Positions 1-12,300 of a stretch of 64,000 bases of DNA are shown piece by piece. A program made the translations under genes and the position numbers. This stretch comes from Phoronis australis. Taxonomy: Eukaryota > Animalia > Phoronida. Within the stretch, counting starts at the first letter, position 1. Every line of letters begins with the position of its first letter. Location of the stretch: positions 424,567 through 488,566 of the forward strand of contig NMRA01000217.1 of NCBI GenBank assembly GCA_002633005.1, given 5' to 3'. The notes beneath the pieces were generated by a model, which worked only from the letters and a program-made list of their open reading frames with translations, made no database searches and was not told the DNA's origin.

Positions 1-187
1 GAAACAAAAGAACAGCAAACTACACGTCATATAAGTGTTGAAATTCAGTAGGAACAAGTCCAGCAAATCAGCCACCTGGGAAAGAAGTTGAAACTTTGAA
101 GGAAGTATCTCGCCATAAAGAGAAAGTTTAATAGTGAAGAAAAGGTCAAGCAGATCCCCGGCTAGTCTAGGAGACACGTTGCCTTAC

Positions 188-364
188 CCCCGGGGTCTGA
201 ACCTCGTGACGCTGTCTCTCACGCTCTGCCTCTGTCATTTCCTGTTTGACCCTGTCCTGTTTGATACTGAACTCTCGCTTGAGTTCCCTCAATTCATTCG
301 CCTGCAGTGATGTCATCAGCTGGTTTTCCTTCCCCTGTCGCTTCTCCCGCTCCTTCTGACGCTC
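188..364 (-). CDS. USH1C: Harmonin coiled-coil exon (177 nt, [15 protein letters not shown]...HEVQTPG)
   Basis: cgtcag acceptor, GGG|gtaagg donor, phase 0 to 0; lies within ORF 167..421; E/K/R/Q-rich. Confidence 0.82.
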
Positions 365-3300
365 CTGACGAGCATTCAGGGGAGATAACAACTGATTGAG
401 TGCTTGGAGTAAATCATACAATACGCCCTAGTAAGACCTTGTTACCAGACGAATGGTAAATTTAATAGACCATTTTTGACGTGATAAGTATATTAAGTTG
501 TAACCTCTGCAAGAAACCACACTAAAAAAAGCGGCCATAATTATTCTGATTTCTCATACCAGGTCATTTGAAGTGAAACACGTTCTCCTAATTGTGGATC
601 TCTGTGTTCCTTTCAGTTATTTAAATTATTAAGGCAAGAACTCTTAAAGGGCTATGACGTCCACAAGTCAATGGTTTCTATGGCAACACGGTTAAGAATA
701 CAGGCACAGCCATCACTAACTTAAATCTATATTTCCAAATCCCTAAATAAACAAAGATGGTAATGGAAATGAACGCAAGAGTGGTTTGTGCTGTTGATAT
801 CCCAACCACGATGGATCCGAGTTGGCCGTTGAAAAATTGATTGAAGCGGGCATCATGATATACCAAGCTTATAAGCATGGGATTGACCCAGCAAACAGGG
901 ATCACACACACACACAGAGCCAGTCAGTCCACAGCTCATGTTCTTACCTCTTCCTTCAGCCATTCCTGCTTCAACCGCTCCAGTTCTCTCTGCTCTCGAA
1001 GTTCCAGTGTCATCCGTCGCGCTTCTTCCCGTTTGGCCTCTTGGTCTTTCCAGAACTGCTCTTCGGCATCTGGAAACAAAATCAATGTGTGCTGTATAAT
1101 GACATTTGGTCACAACGTCTCTGAGATTGCTGTAAAGCGAGATTTTTGACAGATGAAGTTCATGCCAAGTGCAGTTCCAGGTAAGGCAAAATTCTTGGTC
1201 ACGACTTAATCAATATGGATCGTAATGGAACATGCAGAAGAGCACAGAACACAGCAATTATCACATTTTTACAACCTAAAACGTAAATAAGCACTGAGTT
1301 TTAGTACCACAAATATTGTGAGACATTCTTAAATGTTGTCTTCTTCTTAAAAATTAATATATAATGAACTAGTGACAGTCAATTCATAAAGTATATAATC
1401 TTTTGAAACTAGGAATCAAGACAAATCTAATCTTGTCACAACACTGTGCTTATTCTGTTGGTCACATGACAACGCATTTTCGGCAAATGTCATTTTTGAA
1501 AGGTACATTCATTTGATAGGGATATAGCGCCGACTTTTTAATGATACTTTTTGTGCAATAGAGGTAGATGTAACCCTAAGGATGCACACCCACACATGGA
1601 CTGTGATATCTTATTGATATGCGATTAGTACTCACCGTAAAGTAAAGGTCTGACTGAACCCTTCAAGGGGACTGTAACTGTTCTTGATAGAGAAAAACAG
1701 ACCCCCCGTTACTTTGGAATGACAATTTTTTCGACTTTATTAATGCTCTCTTGGCATGTATTTACTATTCAATGGTAACATTAATGGTCCAACAAAAGAC
1801 GCACATCTTATGTCTGCATTCACATCCACTGAGCAAACATAACATCACACTCGCTATTGATTGCATTCTGTGGCACTCACTAGACATTTACTCACTAGAG
1901 GTGAATGCAGAAACAAGATACAGGACTTTTGCTGGGACATTTGCATCGCTTTTTACTCTTTCATACAGATCAGGAGAACAGAAATCAACTCAGTTTGTAA
2001 ACGTCTCTTCAGGATAACCAGCGATCTGCATCAATTTTTTTTTACTAAAAGGTAAAATAAAAACCGGCAATACTTTCCACTCTATACTTCAGGAAATGCA
2101 TGACTGGGTAGCAACCATTCATTGTTACACCCAGTGACAATCAAAAACCATTTTGCTTCTAATACTAATACCTCTGAAAAAACATGTAAAGATTGAATTT
2201 AGAATTAAATAAAAAATCTACCAGCTGGAGAGTGCATAGACAAGAAGTAAGAATGTTGAAGAGAATTCGAAGGAACCAATTTGAAAGTTATTGATTTTCA
2301 TGTACAGCTTTGAATCCATATGTTGGAACTGCTGCTCCAAACTGTTTATGAAATTACTAATCTAAAAGTTCAAACTCAACACATAATAAGGTGCGTTTTT
2401 CTAAACACAAGCACCCCAAACTCGTCGCTGTGAAATTCAATCTTATAGTGCATCAACGAGTCTGTGCAAGACACTGCAGACTAATTGGTATGGTTAGTCA
2501 CCAGCCAAATATAATCATGTCATGTGACGTATTTTTGGAATAAGGTCGACTTAATTGCACATTACCTTCCGATGATTTTTAAATATCTACTTGTCTGGCA
2601 ATATACCTGAGGTACACCGTGCCAAAATTACATGTACATTATATCTTTGCAACAGCTTTTAGCAAAGGAATACTTGTCTCACTTAATGCTCACCCCAATG
2701 GAACAGCCACAGCAAGTTTCAGTGAACACACACAAAGGAATTCACATCACTAACTATAAACAGACTGTGAAACCACACAAAGCCTACCATATACTCTCTA
2801 TCTGTAGACAACAAAGCTATAACTAACATCACACACATATCATCTACACTAAGTTACCCAGATTTGTGGAAACACGTTGCTGTTTTCGTTCTTTTTCTTG
2901 CAAACTCAGCTGAATCATTCTTGACTCAAGGTTATAGCAATCTATGTGATTAGGAAAACCAAGCGTAAGTGAAGACAGGAGACATTGGAAGGGAAAAGCC
3001 AATGTTTAGTGGTGTGGTTTTCAACGTAGAAATACATCTCACCAGGTCCCTTAGATTTAGACAACCTTGCTTTCACCATATTTATTGCTCTCTTTGCAAA
3101 GCAACATTCAAAGTGGCAATAGACCCACCTTTCATCACAAAAAGTAATTTTTGAATTAAATCACTTAAAACGTTGTGACATTGGTATAAAATTTGTTCAT
3201 TGGTCAAATTAGAGGTGAGTTCAGGGGTTAAATAGAACTAACACTTCCTTAATGCACGAAAACAAGACTGAAAGTTGGCTTGTCATGTCACGGTCATGGT

Positions 3301-6300
3301 CTCAAGCAATTCATTTCAAAACCTTGAAAACACTTCTCACCTGAGTTTAGGAAATATTGAGAGCAATTGTACAGTCACTGGTAAATCTTAAGTTTCTTTG
3401 ACAGAACGTGGCTTTATAGCTGCACTTAGTCAATCAGCCGATGTAACTGTCATGTGACTGTACACTCAGTCCACTACAGCAAACACAATCATGTGTTATA
3501 TTACCACCAGAGGGCACTTGTGACTGCTCAGTGAAACAAATCACAGACATCACGACAGTCAAAACAACTACAACCACTCACTAAATAAATGTTTCACGCA
3601 TGCACAGTTAACAGGAGGCAGGACAATTAGTATTTAAAAGTGAAATACATCTAAGATTGTAATAACTTGCATGTTTGATGACAAAACATATAGTTGCCTG
3701 GCACGAGGCGAACAAAAAGCCATTGGAAGTTATTATGATGTTGGCACGCTAAAGCACTGTAATCGCCAAGGTCAAATTATGCAACACACAGGAACTGGGC
3801 AGGCTATAAAACTTTCCACCGATGAACCATCCCAGGGGAAGCCAAAATTTCTAATACGAATACAATATTTAAGCAAACAAATTCAGTGGCATACACAGAC
3901 TGCCTAATAGGCCTGTAACTTCTTGCTGGTACCTCAGTTATGTGTTCATCACCTGCCAATAAAAGTAGCCTATTACACATACAGTACAATCAAATTAGGA
4001 CACCCATGGCACACGTAAAATGAAATTTTATTTTCTTACGTTTTTTATAACAACACATGAATGGTGCACCATGTTCAAGTCTTGTAGCATAGCTACAACC
4101 AGAAAATGTTTCGAGAATTGTAGAAATTCACAGCAATGTTAGAAGACGAAAAAAGGGCGATTCTTGTAATTACTTCCGGCCAGAATTGGTAACATTTTAC
4201 TATAAGAAACATCACTTCAAATTTCCCATATTTAAGAGGTCTGCGGGCAAAAAACCAAGTTGCTAACAACAGAATGCGAAATTCATTTCTTGGTCATAAA
4301 ATAACAAATTAATTCATATGCTGAATGAAAGTTTTTGTGACAAATGCAATTCCTTTTATCTGGTGAATTTTACAGGCACTAATTAATTGGTTTCCTTAAT
4401 TCAACTTCTACTTTGTTACGCAGGAATACCTGAAATGGACATGTTCAACTGGGTTTATCTTTTATTGAACAATAATTCACGGCAGTCTACGGAGTTCAGT
4501 GAAAGGACCCTCAGTGCTCAGACAGCTGTGTAGGTGAACCTGGACACGATTTTAATACTGATGATGCTACTATCCTAGACTGTGAGGCAGATTGGATCAG
4601 AAGAGGTGTCTAAAAAACTCTCCACAATGCATCGAGAGCCCTCTCTGAATAAACAAAGTGGATTAAGGTTCCATCTGTCACACTTATCAAGTAGTGCGTA
4701 GTCTGGTTAAAATGCCACCTATAGGACAGAACGACAATAACTCCACTAACCAAGTTGAAGTCCGTGAGAGACAGATGCAAAGTCGCCAACTCAAGTAAGA
4801 AAATTCCAGTATTTGACTCACTTTTTAAGTATTTTTAATAATATCAGTGCCTTCTGTCAAAAAATGCTTATGGCTACTCACAATTATTAAATTTGTCACA
4901 TCAGAACAGAAATTATGACTTCCAGAGTTCTGAAGAACTGAGTTTGTTATTTCTTCAGACCAGGGTGCTGACGTTTGCTCGTCAAGGTGGGTTAAGTTCA
5001 GATGCTGATGGCCGTCAGGTATTTTCAGGTGTTTTATTGCAAACAATTTCAGTTCAAGCAAAGGACAACAACACACCGACCTTAAATCAAAAATGATTGC
5101 ACGCAGTATGATACAGGATGCTCAGGAGGGTCCATTACACTGATCAGCTGGTGATTTATTAAAATATAGTTTAAACCGAGGAGAGGAGCTACTGACAGAC
5201 CTGACTCAAAGATCAAGCTAAGTGCCTCAGACACTTATTTTACAAGGTCACATTGCATGTTCACTAGCTAGAGCAAATAAGAATGTTAATATGGCAGGAA
5301 AAGAAAATGTTGATGAAGTGTCAACTATCGCCATGGTAACCAGATGTGATATTCATAAAAATAATAGTTAGGTATTACCTAAATCTTCTTTTTCTTGCTG
5401 CTTCTGATTTAGTTCGACCACTTCAGATTTTCTAAAGAACAAGACAGATGATAAACTTCATCATTAAGCACTCCATCTCTGTCCAAATAAAAGAAGCCAG
5501 TCATAAAACTCCAGAAGCTGTGCTAACTGGCCAATCATATCCTGACCAGTATAAAGTATTCAATAATAATACTTGGAAATAAGATGTAGCACCTTATCTA
5601 TTATGGAAAACAATCAGTATAACAGAAAGTTAAACTGTTTTACACAAGTTAGACGTCTATTGTTTTCTTAAGTATCACATTCAATAGTGTTCATTTTGAG
5701 GGAAAAAACGAAGCCAAAGTAGAACATACTCAGCCTCGTCTGTAGATGATGACTTTCCTTTTCCTTTTCCTTTGCCATTAATAGTCAACCGCTCGGACAG
5801 CTCTACGTTTTCATGTTTCTTTTTTACCACTTCAGCCAGTCGCTCAGGAGACAGGAAGAGATGAAGGCCCTACATGACAAGCGCAGGATGTTAAAGAGGA
5901 GATGAATTTTCATTTCAAAAACAGTGACCAGTAGGTAAAGCTGTGGTAGAATTAATTAAAGTTCTAAAAAAAGTTGGTGAATTTTGTCCACACTCGTGTT
6001 AGCTTTGCTGCAAATATCGTAAAAATACAAAAGGAAAACAAACCAAAAGTACAACCAAATCGTTTCAAGATTAGACGAAAACGTTTGTTCCAAAACTTTG
6101 GGGATTTTGTTGGCCTTTTTGAAATTACTAATAAAAATGCTTGGTCCTACACAGCAGGAACCATTTCACAATGCTGAAGTTAAAAATTTGCATAATTTGG
6201 TTTCAATAACTGGCATCTAAGACAGGTACGAAAAGCTACAATTAAATCAAAAGGCACCCACTCCCCACGTTTAAAAAGAAAAGGGCCGCTTCAAAAGTGG

Positions 6301-9300
6301 GGTCCAGCAGGTATAGCCTAAATAGCCGCTTTGACCCAGGCAGCTATGCTGTAAGCTTGTTATAGTGACTCTAAATAATGGAAACACAGATTGAACAAAA
6401 AACTGGCAACTCGTTATGAAACAGAGCAGTGTAAGGAGCTCTTAACACTAGATTGGTAGACAGAATGGCATTGAAATGTGACACTAGATTGGTAGACAGA
6501 ATGGCATTGAAATTCGACACTAGATTGGTAGACAGAATGGCATTGAAATGTGACACTAGATTGGTAGACAGAATGGCATTGAAATGCGACAAAATGTAAA
6601 ATGTACAGAGTGTTCAGTAAAATAGATGTATTAATATTTTGAACTTTATAAAACTAGTTGGAAGCCAAAAAAAGCCAACATACCGTGCCCTTCCATAAAG
6701 TTAGGTTGAGTAATGTACTCTCCTTGAGTGCAAGTATTGCCTGGAAGATAACAAACAAAATCACATACCAGCAAAACTTCATTTTGAGCTGTTACCCAGA
6801 ATTTACAATGCTGCATTGTTCAATTACAATTTTCTTACAATCAGACTTTTTAAAAATTCAGCCCAGCCTGTATTTAGGCTATGCCTACCTCTGAATGACT
6901 GACATTGAAGAATCTAGTGCCGTTGACCTCCACAATTTGATCTCCCACCTCAAGGCCAGTCTCCTGGGCGAGGCTGCCCTCGCGGACAGACTGGATGAAT
7001 ATCCCTGGTTGGTTTAGAGGGCCACTGCATATGCTGCAAGAGAGAGGATGAAATTCATTTTGATAAATATACAATTGTTATTGTACTGCACTAGTAACCA
7101 AAACTCTAAATTAGTTAATCTTGATTAAAAAAGAATTATTATACGATTCAGACAGATTGTGGAGTAAGTTTGGAGACAATAAATCACAACATTGACTGTC
7201 ACTATCGCAAGTCCATTTCAAATTTTGCTTTACATTTTTTTCTTGAAGCTTCAACTACTTCATTGAGATTCAAGCCTGCCCTCTTTACCACTGCACCACC
7301 TACACATCACCGGAGGGGTAGGACTTTGAAGTCTGTATTTTATCCAGATTCTGATATCTAATTTGTGTTACGATACCCATAAAAATGAACCACCAGGTGA
7401 ATTCAAACCAGCATCTACTGCACAAAATGCTTTGCTTAACTAACAACTGTTGTACAACTTCAAAAACATTTCTCAAAATAAAATCAACTGCTCCTTTGTT
7501 CATTCTGAGCATATCCTAGAAGTTTTTCAAAACCTCTCCACAAATTTTTGGATAAAAGATTGTAGCTCACTGACCAAACGAGTGATCGACATATGATTGA
7601 AAGCTCAAACACAACCTCCTTCCACAAATATTGACTTTCCAGCGCAGTCAATATTTTGATTTTCAAAACAAAAATGTGATAATGACCTCAGCTCTACTTT
7701 GGTCATTGTCACATTTTTGGAATCTGAAAACCAAAATACTGACCTTGTACTGGTAGATATACTTATCATACCCAAAACTGACAAAATCTATAGCATAATT
7801 CACAATGTTTTATGTCCTTCAGCTCAGTGCCGCTCAGTGAATTATTAATGTGTAACAAAATAACAAAATAATAAAGGCGTTGCCAATAGTCGGATATAAT
7901 GTGCCCGTATTTTGAGTACCAGTTTGATGCCGGTATATAGCAGAGAAAACTGGTTCTCAAAATGTGGGGATGTTATACCATTACCAAAGCGTTTACTCGT
8001 ATTAGCACAAGCCTGGGTGTATGGTAGTCATTACAGCCAATATCTCCCACTTCAAGATAGTGGTTTGCGAGAAAAAACGCAGCTCGTGCAAAGAAAAACA
8101 CCAGGATGGCGAAAAAAGATTAATGTATTTGAAAGAATAACATTCTGGTGATCGAATAAATCAAATAGAGCTCTTGAGAAAAAATTGTGTTCACGAGAAA
8201 AGAATCTTTTTAATTAGAACACCTGCAAGGAAGTCACCTGGCAGGACTTAAACATCCTTCTTACCTGCAGCCTAAACTGCCACCTATCACATGCACGCAC
8301 AGTTTGACTTCCTCAAACTCTGTCTCGATTGGTGAGACTTGGGCTGGCACCTAAAATTAACATGCAAGGTAACTGAAGAACATTACTTGGTTAAAGGCAC
8401 TAGCAGCGCCACCTTTAAACTAACGCTAAAAGCTGATGCTAAAAGGAAATCAGTGCAAAATATATTTCAATGCAGCTAGTACACTGTACTTTCATAGACT
8501 TTTATCGTAATACTCAAGATCTAAACAAAACAATCAAGTCCGTTAGAAAAAAATCACACTGCCCACAAATACAATTCGCCCACTCATGCTAACTCAACTC
8601 AGATGCTGGGAAAAGATTAATGTTCATCAACTTTATTATTCAGCTGCGTTAGGCCTACCGTTCTTTTGCAACAGGACTGGGTATTTTTGAATAAATAAAA
8701 CAGTATTCACCTTCAAAACTTATTTCCATGTTTGAGCTAGCAGTTGTAAAATAAAACTTACTTTTGGTGATCTTTTCATTTCCTTCCTTTCAATGTATTT
8801 CCAAGATACGCCCTCAGTCGGTCTTCTATAAATAAAATTGAAAATCATCTCACATTGAAATCTATACCATTCTTTAAAGCTTAAACTTTGAATCGGAACA
8901 TGAACGACAAAAAAACCTCCGTCCACGATAACACCCTAATTTTTTAATTAAATAGCACTTATTGAAACATCATTTCTCAATTTATGGTGGACAGTGTTGA
9001 GGTAATACAATTCATTTCCAACAGCCCATTTGACATTCTACACAAGGCAAAAGAAAAAATGAAATAATAAATACCAAGTCTGCCCTTATGTATTATGTAC
9101 CCGCAATTACCAACTGTGTAATAAATAGAGCACCTCGTTCGATGCACGGCACCTCACAAAGAAAAAATCACAACTTGTTGCTTTTAAGTTGGTTGGTACG
9201 GCAGGATGGGGGGGAGGGGGCAAATGTCGAATCTGATGTGAGTGAAGTTAAACATGGTCCATGTTATTTGAAATTCTGTACAACACAGCTCACAGCATCA

Positions 9301-12300
9301 GCTCAATTCTAACTTAAATGACAAGCCTTGAGAACTCTTGGATAAATCATAGAAATCAAGCCATACCCGCTAAAACACTTAATGTATGCTGTCTGAAGAA
9401 CTGGTAGTCAGATTGTTTCGCAATTATTCCTTGAACTTCTGTGATGAGAATAGATAGGCCCATTCAGAGGAACAGATGTGTTGCTTCGCTGTGAAAGTGC
9501 ATTCCATCAGTTGTTGTAATACCATGAGGAGTAACAGAACAAGACAAGAATATTGCCCCCCCCTTATTCCAGGCCACCCAGTGTATGTTATTGTGATGAC
9601 ACATAATTTATACGAAACTCAAACTTACTGCTTTTCAGGAATCATTCCGATGCCTGAAATAAAGGAAGGCAAGAGTTGTATAAACAAGTGTACGCTAAGG
9701 GATACGTGTTCTGTTGTCAGTGTTGTGATGATGAGAAAACACATTATGTCGCAACTACCTAGTAGTAAGTTAAGGAAACATTCAACATGGAAAGAAAAGA
9801 CTACCCAGACTGTTGACAAACAATTATGGTATGTTCAACTACGCGCTACCATGCACAATACCACAGCAAAGACTAACTGGCATTGAAATGGACAAATTTT
9901 GTTACATATGTTACAAAAAATAACCACAACAGCTAGGCTGAAAAAATGACTGACGTTACTGCAGCATTGTGGATAATTAATTAATGGAGTTCTTTCAGCG
10001 AGGCAAAACTCTTGTCCGTAAATAAAGTCTTAAAAGCAATTTTACGTGCACTTTGGGGTACATACACAAGGCATCATTCATTCCTACACATCAGATTGTC
10101 AGTAGAAGCAAACCATTAAAGGAATTTGGCGAACTTTTTACTTGCAAAGTTTGCAACCCAAAGTTTGCTAGACAAATGTGGAGAGGTTGCCAAACACAGC
10201 AGAACTAGTTTGGTGAACTCTGGACATGCGCATTAATTTGAAAGCTGTTTAATGGAGTTACGTGCCTTAACCAATCAGCAACCAGCTAAAAATCATGTGG
10301 TTGTCACTGTTTCAAATGCCAGTCCTCATAACGGGAATGCTGGAGGAGTTTGCTAGTTTGTACTTATTGAGAAACTATTCAAAACATCACTGAACTCCGA
10401 ATTTTCAAACAAAAGTTTGGTAGAGTTTGCCAGTGTAAGGCCTTTAGCTTTCACAATTGCTCCATCATGACTAGAAATCGGCTCAAAGTGACTGCCTTCG
10501 GCAATTGAAAATCAACACTTCAATACTAGGTAAAACACGTTCTTTAGCACAGGGATTCAACAATGACGAAATGAAAAATCTCTCAAAATCTCCTTAAAAG
10601 ATCAAATTGGGATTTCATAATAAGTGATTCCGGTGACTTCCATGGTGTTTAAATAACAGCATGCATCAATTAAATCATAACATTTCTCTTATTTCTCAAG
10701 TCATCTAAAACTCAGCTCTTCTGATTGTTTGATTGTTTTTACACAAAACATGTCTCAGTACCACAGTGACATATGTAGCTTGATACCATTAATGCATTTG
10801 TGAGAATATGAGGATTATGTTGAATTGAATTTTTCAATGGATGTATCTACTATGCATTGCCGCTATGAGTTGTCTGTGTGAGATTTATTTATTTGCAATT
10901 TTCGATTTAATGTCACTTCAAAGCATGGAATGCTAGGAAGACAAGATTCACACATTTTGTAAAGAATGCTCTTAATTTTATTGAATGGGATGTGAATTTC
11001 AAATAAATTAAATTTAAAGTCATTCAACAACTCTTTGAACCTTGGAATGTCTTTTGATACAGTCAACGTTAACATTCCTCTCTAGGTATACATTACACAC
11101 TTAACAAATGATTGCTGGACAAGGAATGACGGTCAGTCATCTGTGAGCAAAATGGAAGTAAGCTGGTTCCAAGTCCAAACAATAGATGGAGTTAGTAGTC
11201 AGAATTTTAGTACTTAAGAGATTTCATTCACAGGCAGCTGAAAGACGCTTAATCAAGCAATGCAACAGACCACAGTTTAAGTGACGGGTCAGGGTGTCAT
11301 TACTAAGTCTTTTTATATGGCTTGCTTACTTCTAACTTTAAGAATGATCTCAGGCTTGATCCTGATAAGGTTCAGTGCTTCTTCATGTATGGCTTGGCTA
11401 ATGGTGTACCCGTTAATCCTGACAATCTCATCACCTGCACGTAGTCCTGCATGGTAAGCCTGTGAGTCACGCTGCACGTGCGACACAAACACACCCACAT
11501 CATGCTCCAAACCTGAAACATTATACAAAGATATAGGAGTACCTCCATGACTTTTAACAAAAATACTACTTTCCACAAAAATTGACACATTGCTTCAAAC
11601 TTACCCACAGCAGTTTTAACGTACAATTAAACTTGTCCGTCTAAACAAAGAAGAAAGTACTTACCACACATGATTGATCGAGATATCTAGAACCATCCTG
11701 GATATTAAGAACCAGCCCTTATGGAAACATTCTAAAATTGTACACTAAGTGCTACTTTGTGATTAATAATCTATTTTAAGCCAACAAAGAGCAAAGTTGG
11801 TTTGGGTCATTACCCTGAACTCGAAATCAAAATTATTGATAGCATTCTCCATTCTATTTCTGTATGAACCCAAGATAACGGTCTATTTTTCTTTGCTCGA
11901 GTATGTTATGGTTTGTATTAACGAGCACCTGATCCAGATTCGCACTCGATGACCCCTAGATTCGAGCTACAAACTGGTGATTTCAAGTCAAAATTCTAAC
12001 TCTCGAGTTCAGACTCAAACTTGTAGTGTCAATGCTAGGGTCGTCAAGAGTAAACCAGGATTAAACCAAGTCATCCAATCCATGTAAACCGTAGTGTACA
12101 TGAGCACAGAATAAATACTTATCTTGAGTTTGCACAAATGTAGAACAGAAATCGTCAAAAAGAATTCTGAGTTTTATTTAGAGTACAATAGGTATTAGAC
12201 CCTGTACCCTGCACTCTCCGTTCGAATCAATTTCATCCGAAGTCTCTTATATTTTTGAAAAGCTGCCCAAAGGTACGTAAACAAGGGTAAGCAATTTTTG

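Noticed and set aside
2566-2594. Extra candidate harmonin exon TSRYLKIIG
   Set aside because: Weak acceptor; gives a stop after the phase-1 end of the 2858-2909 exon and fits only a more contrived splicing path.
6445-6590. 36-bp repeats as a CRISPR array
   Set aside because: Units are head to tail with no unique spacers, there are no cas genes, and the context is a eukaryotic intron.
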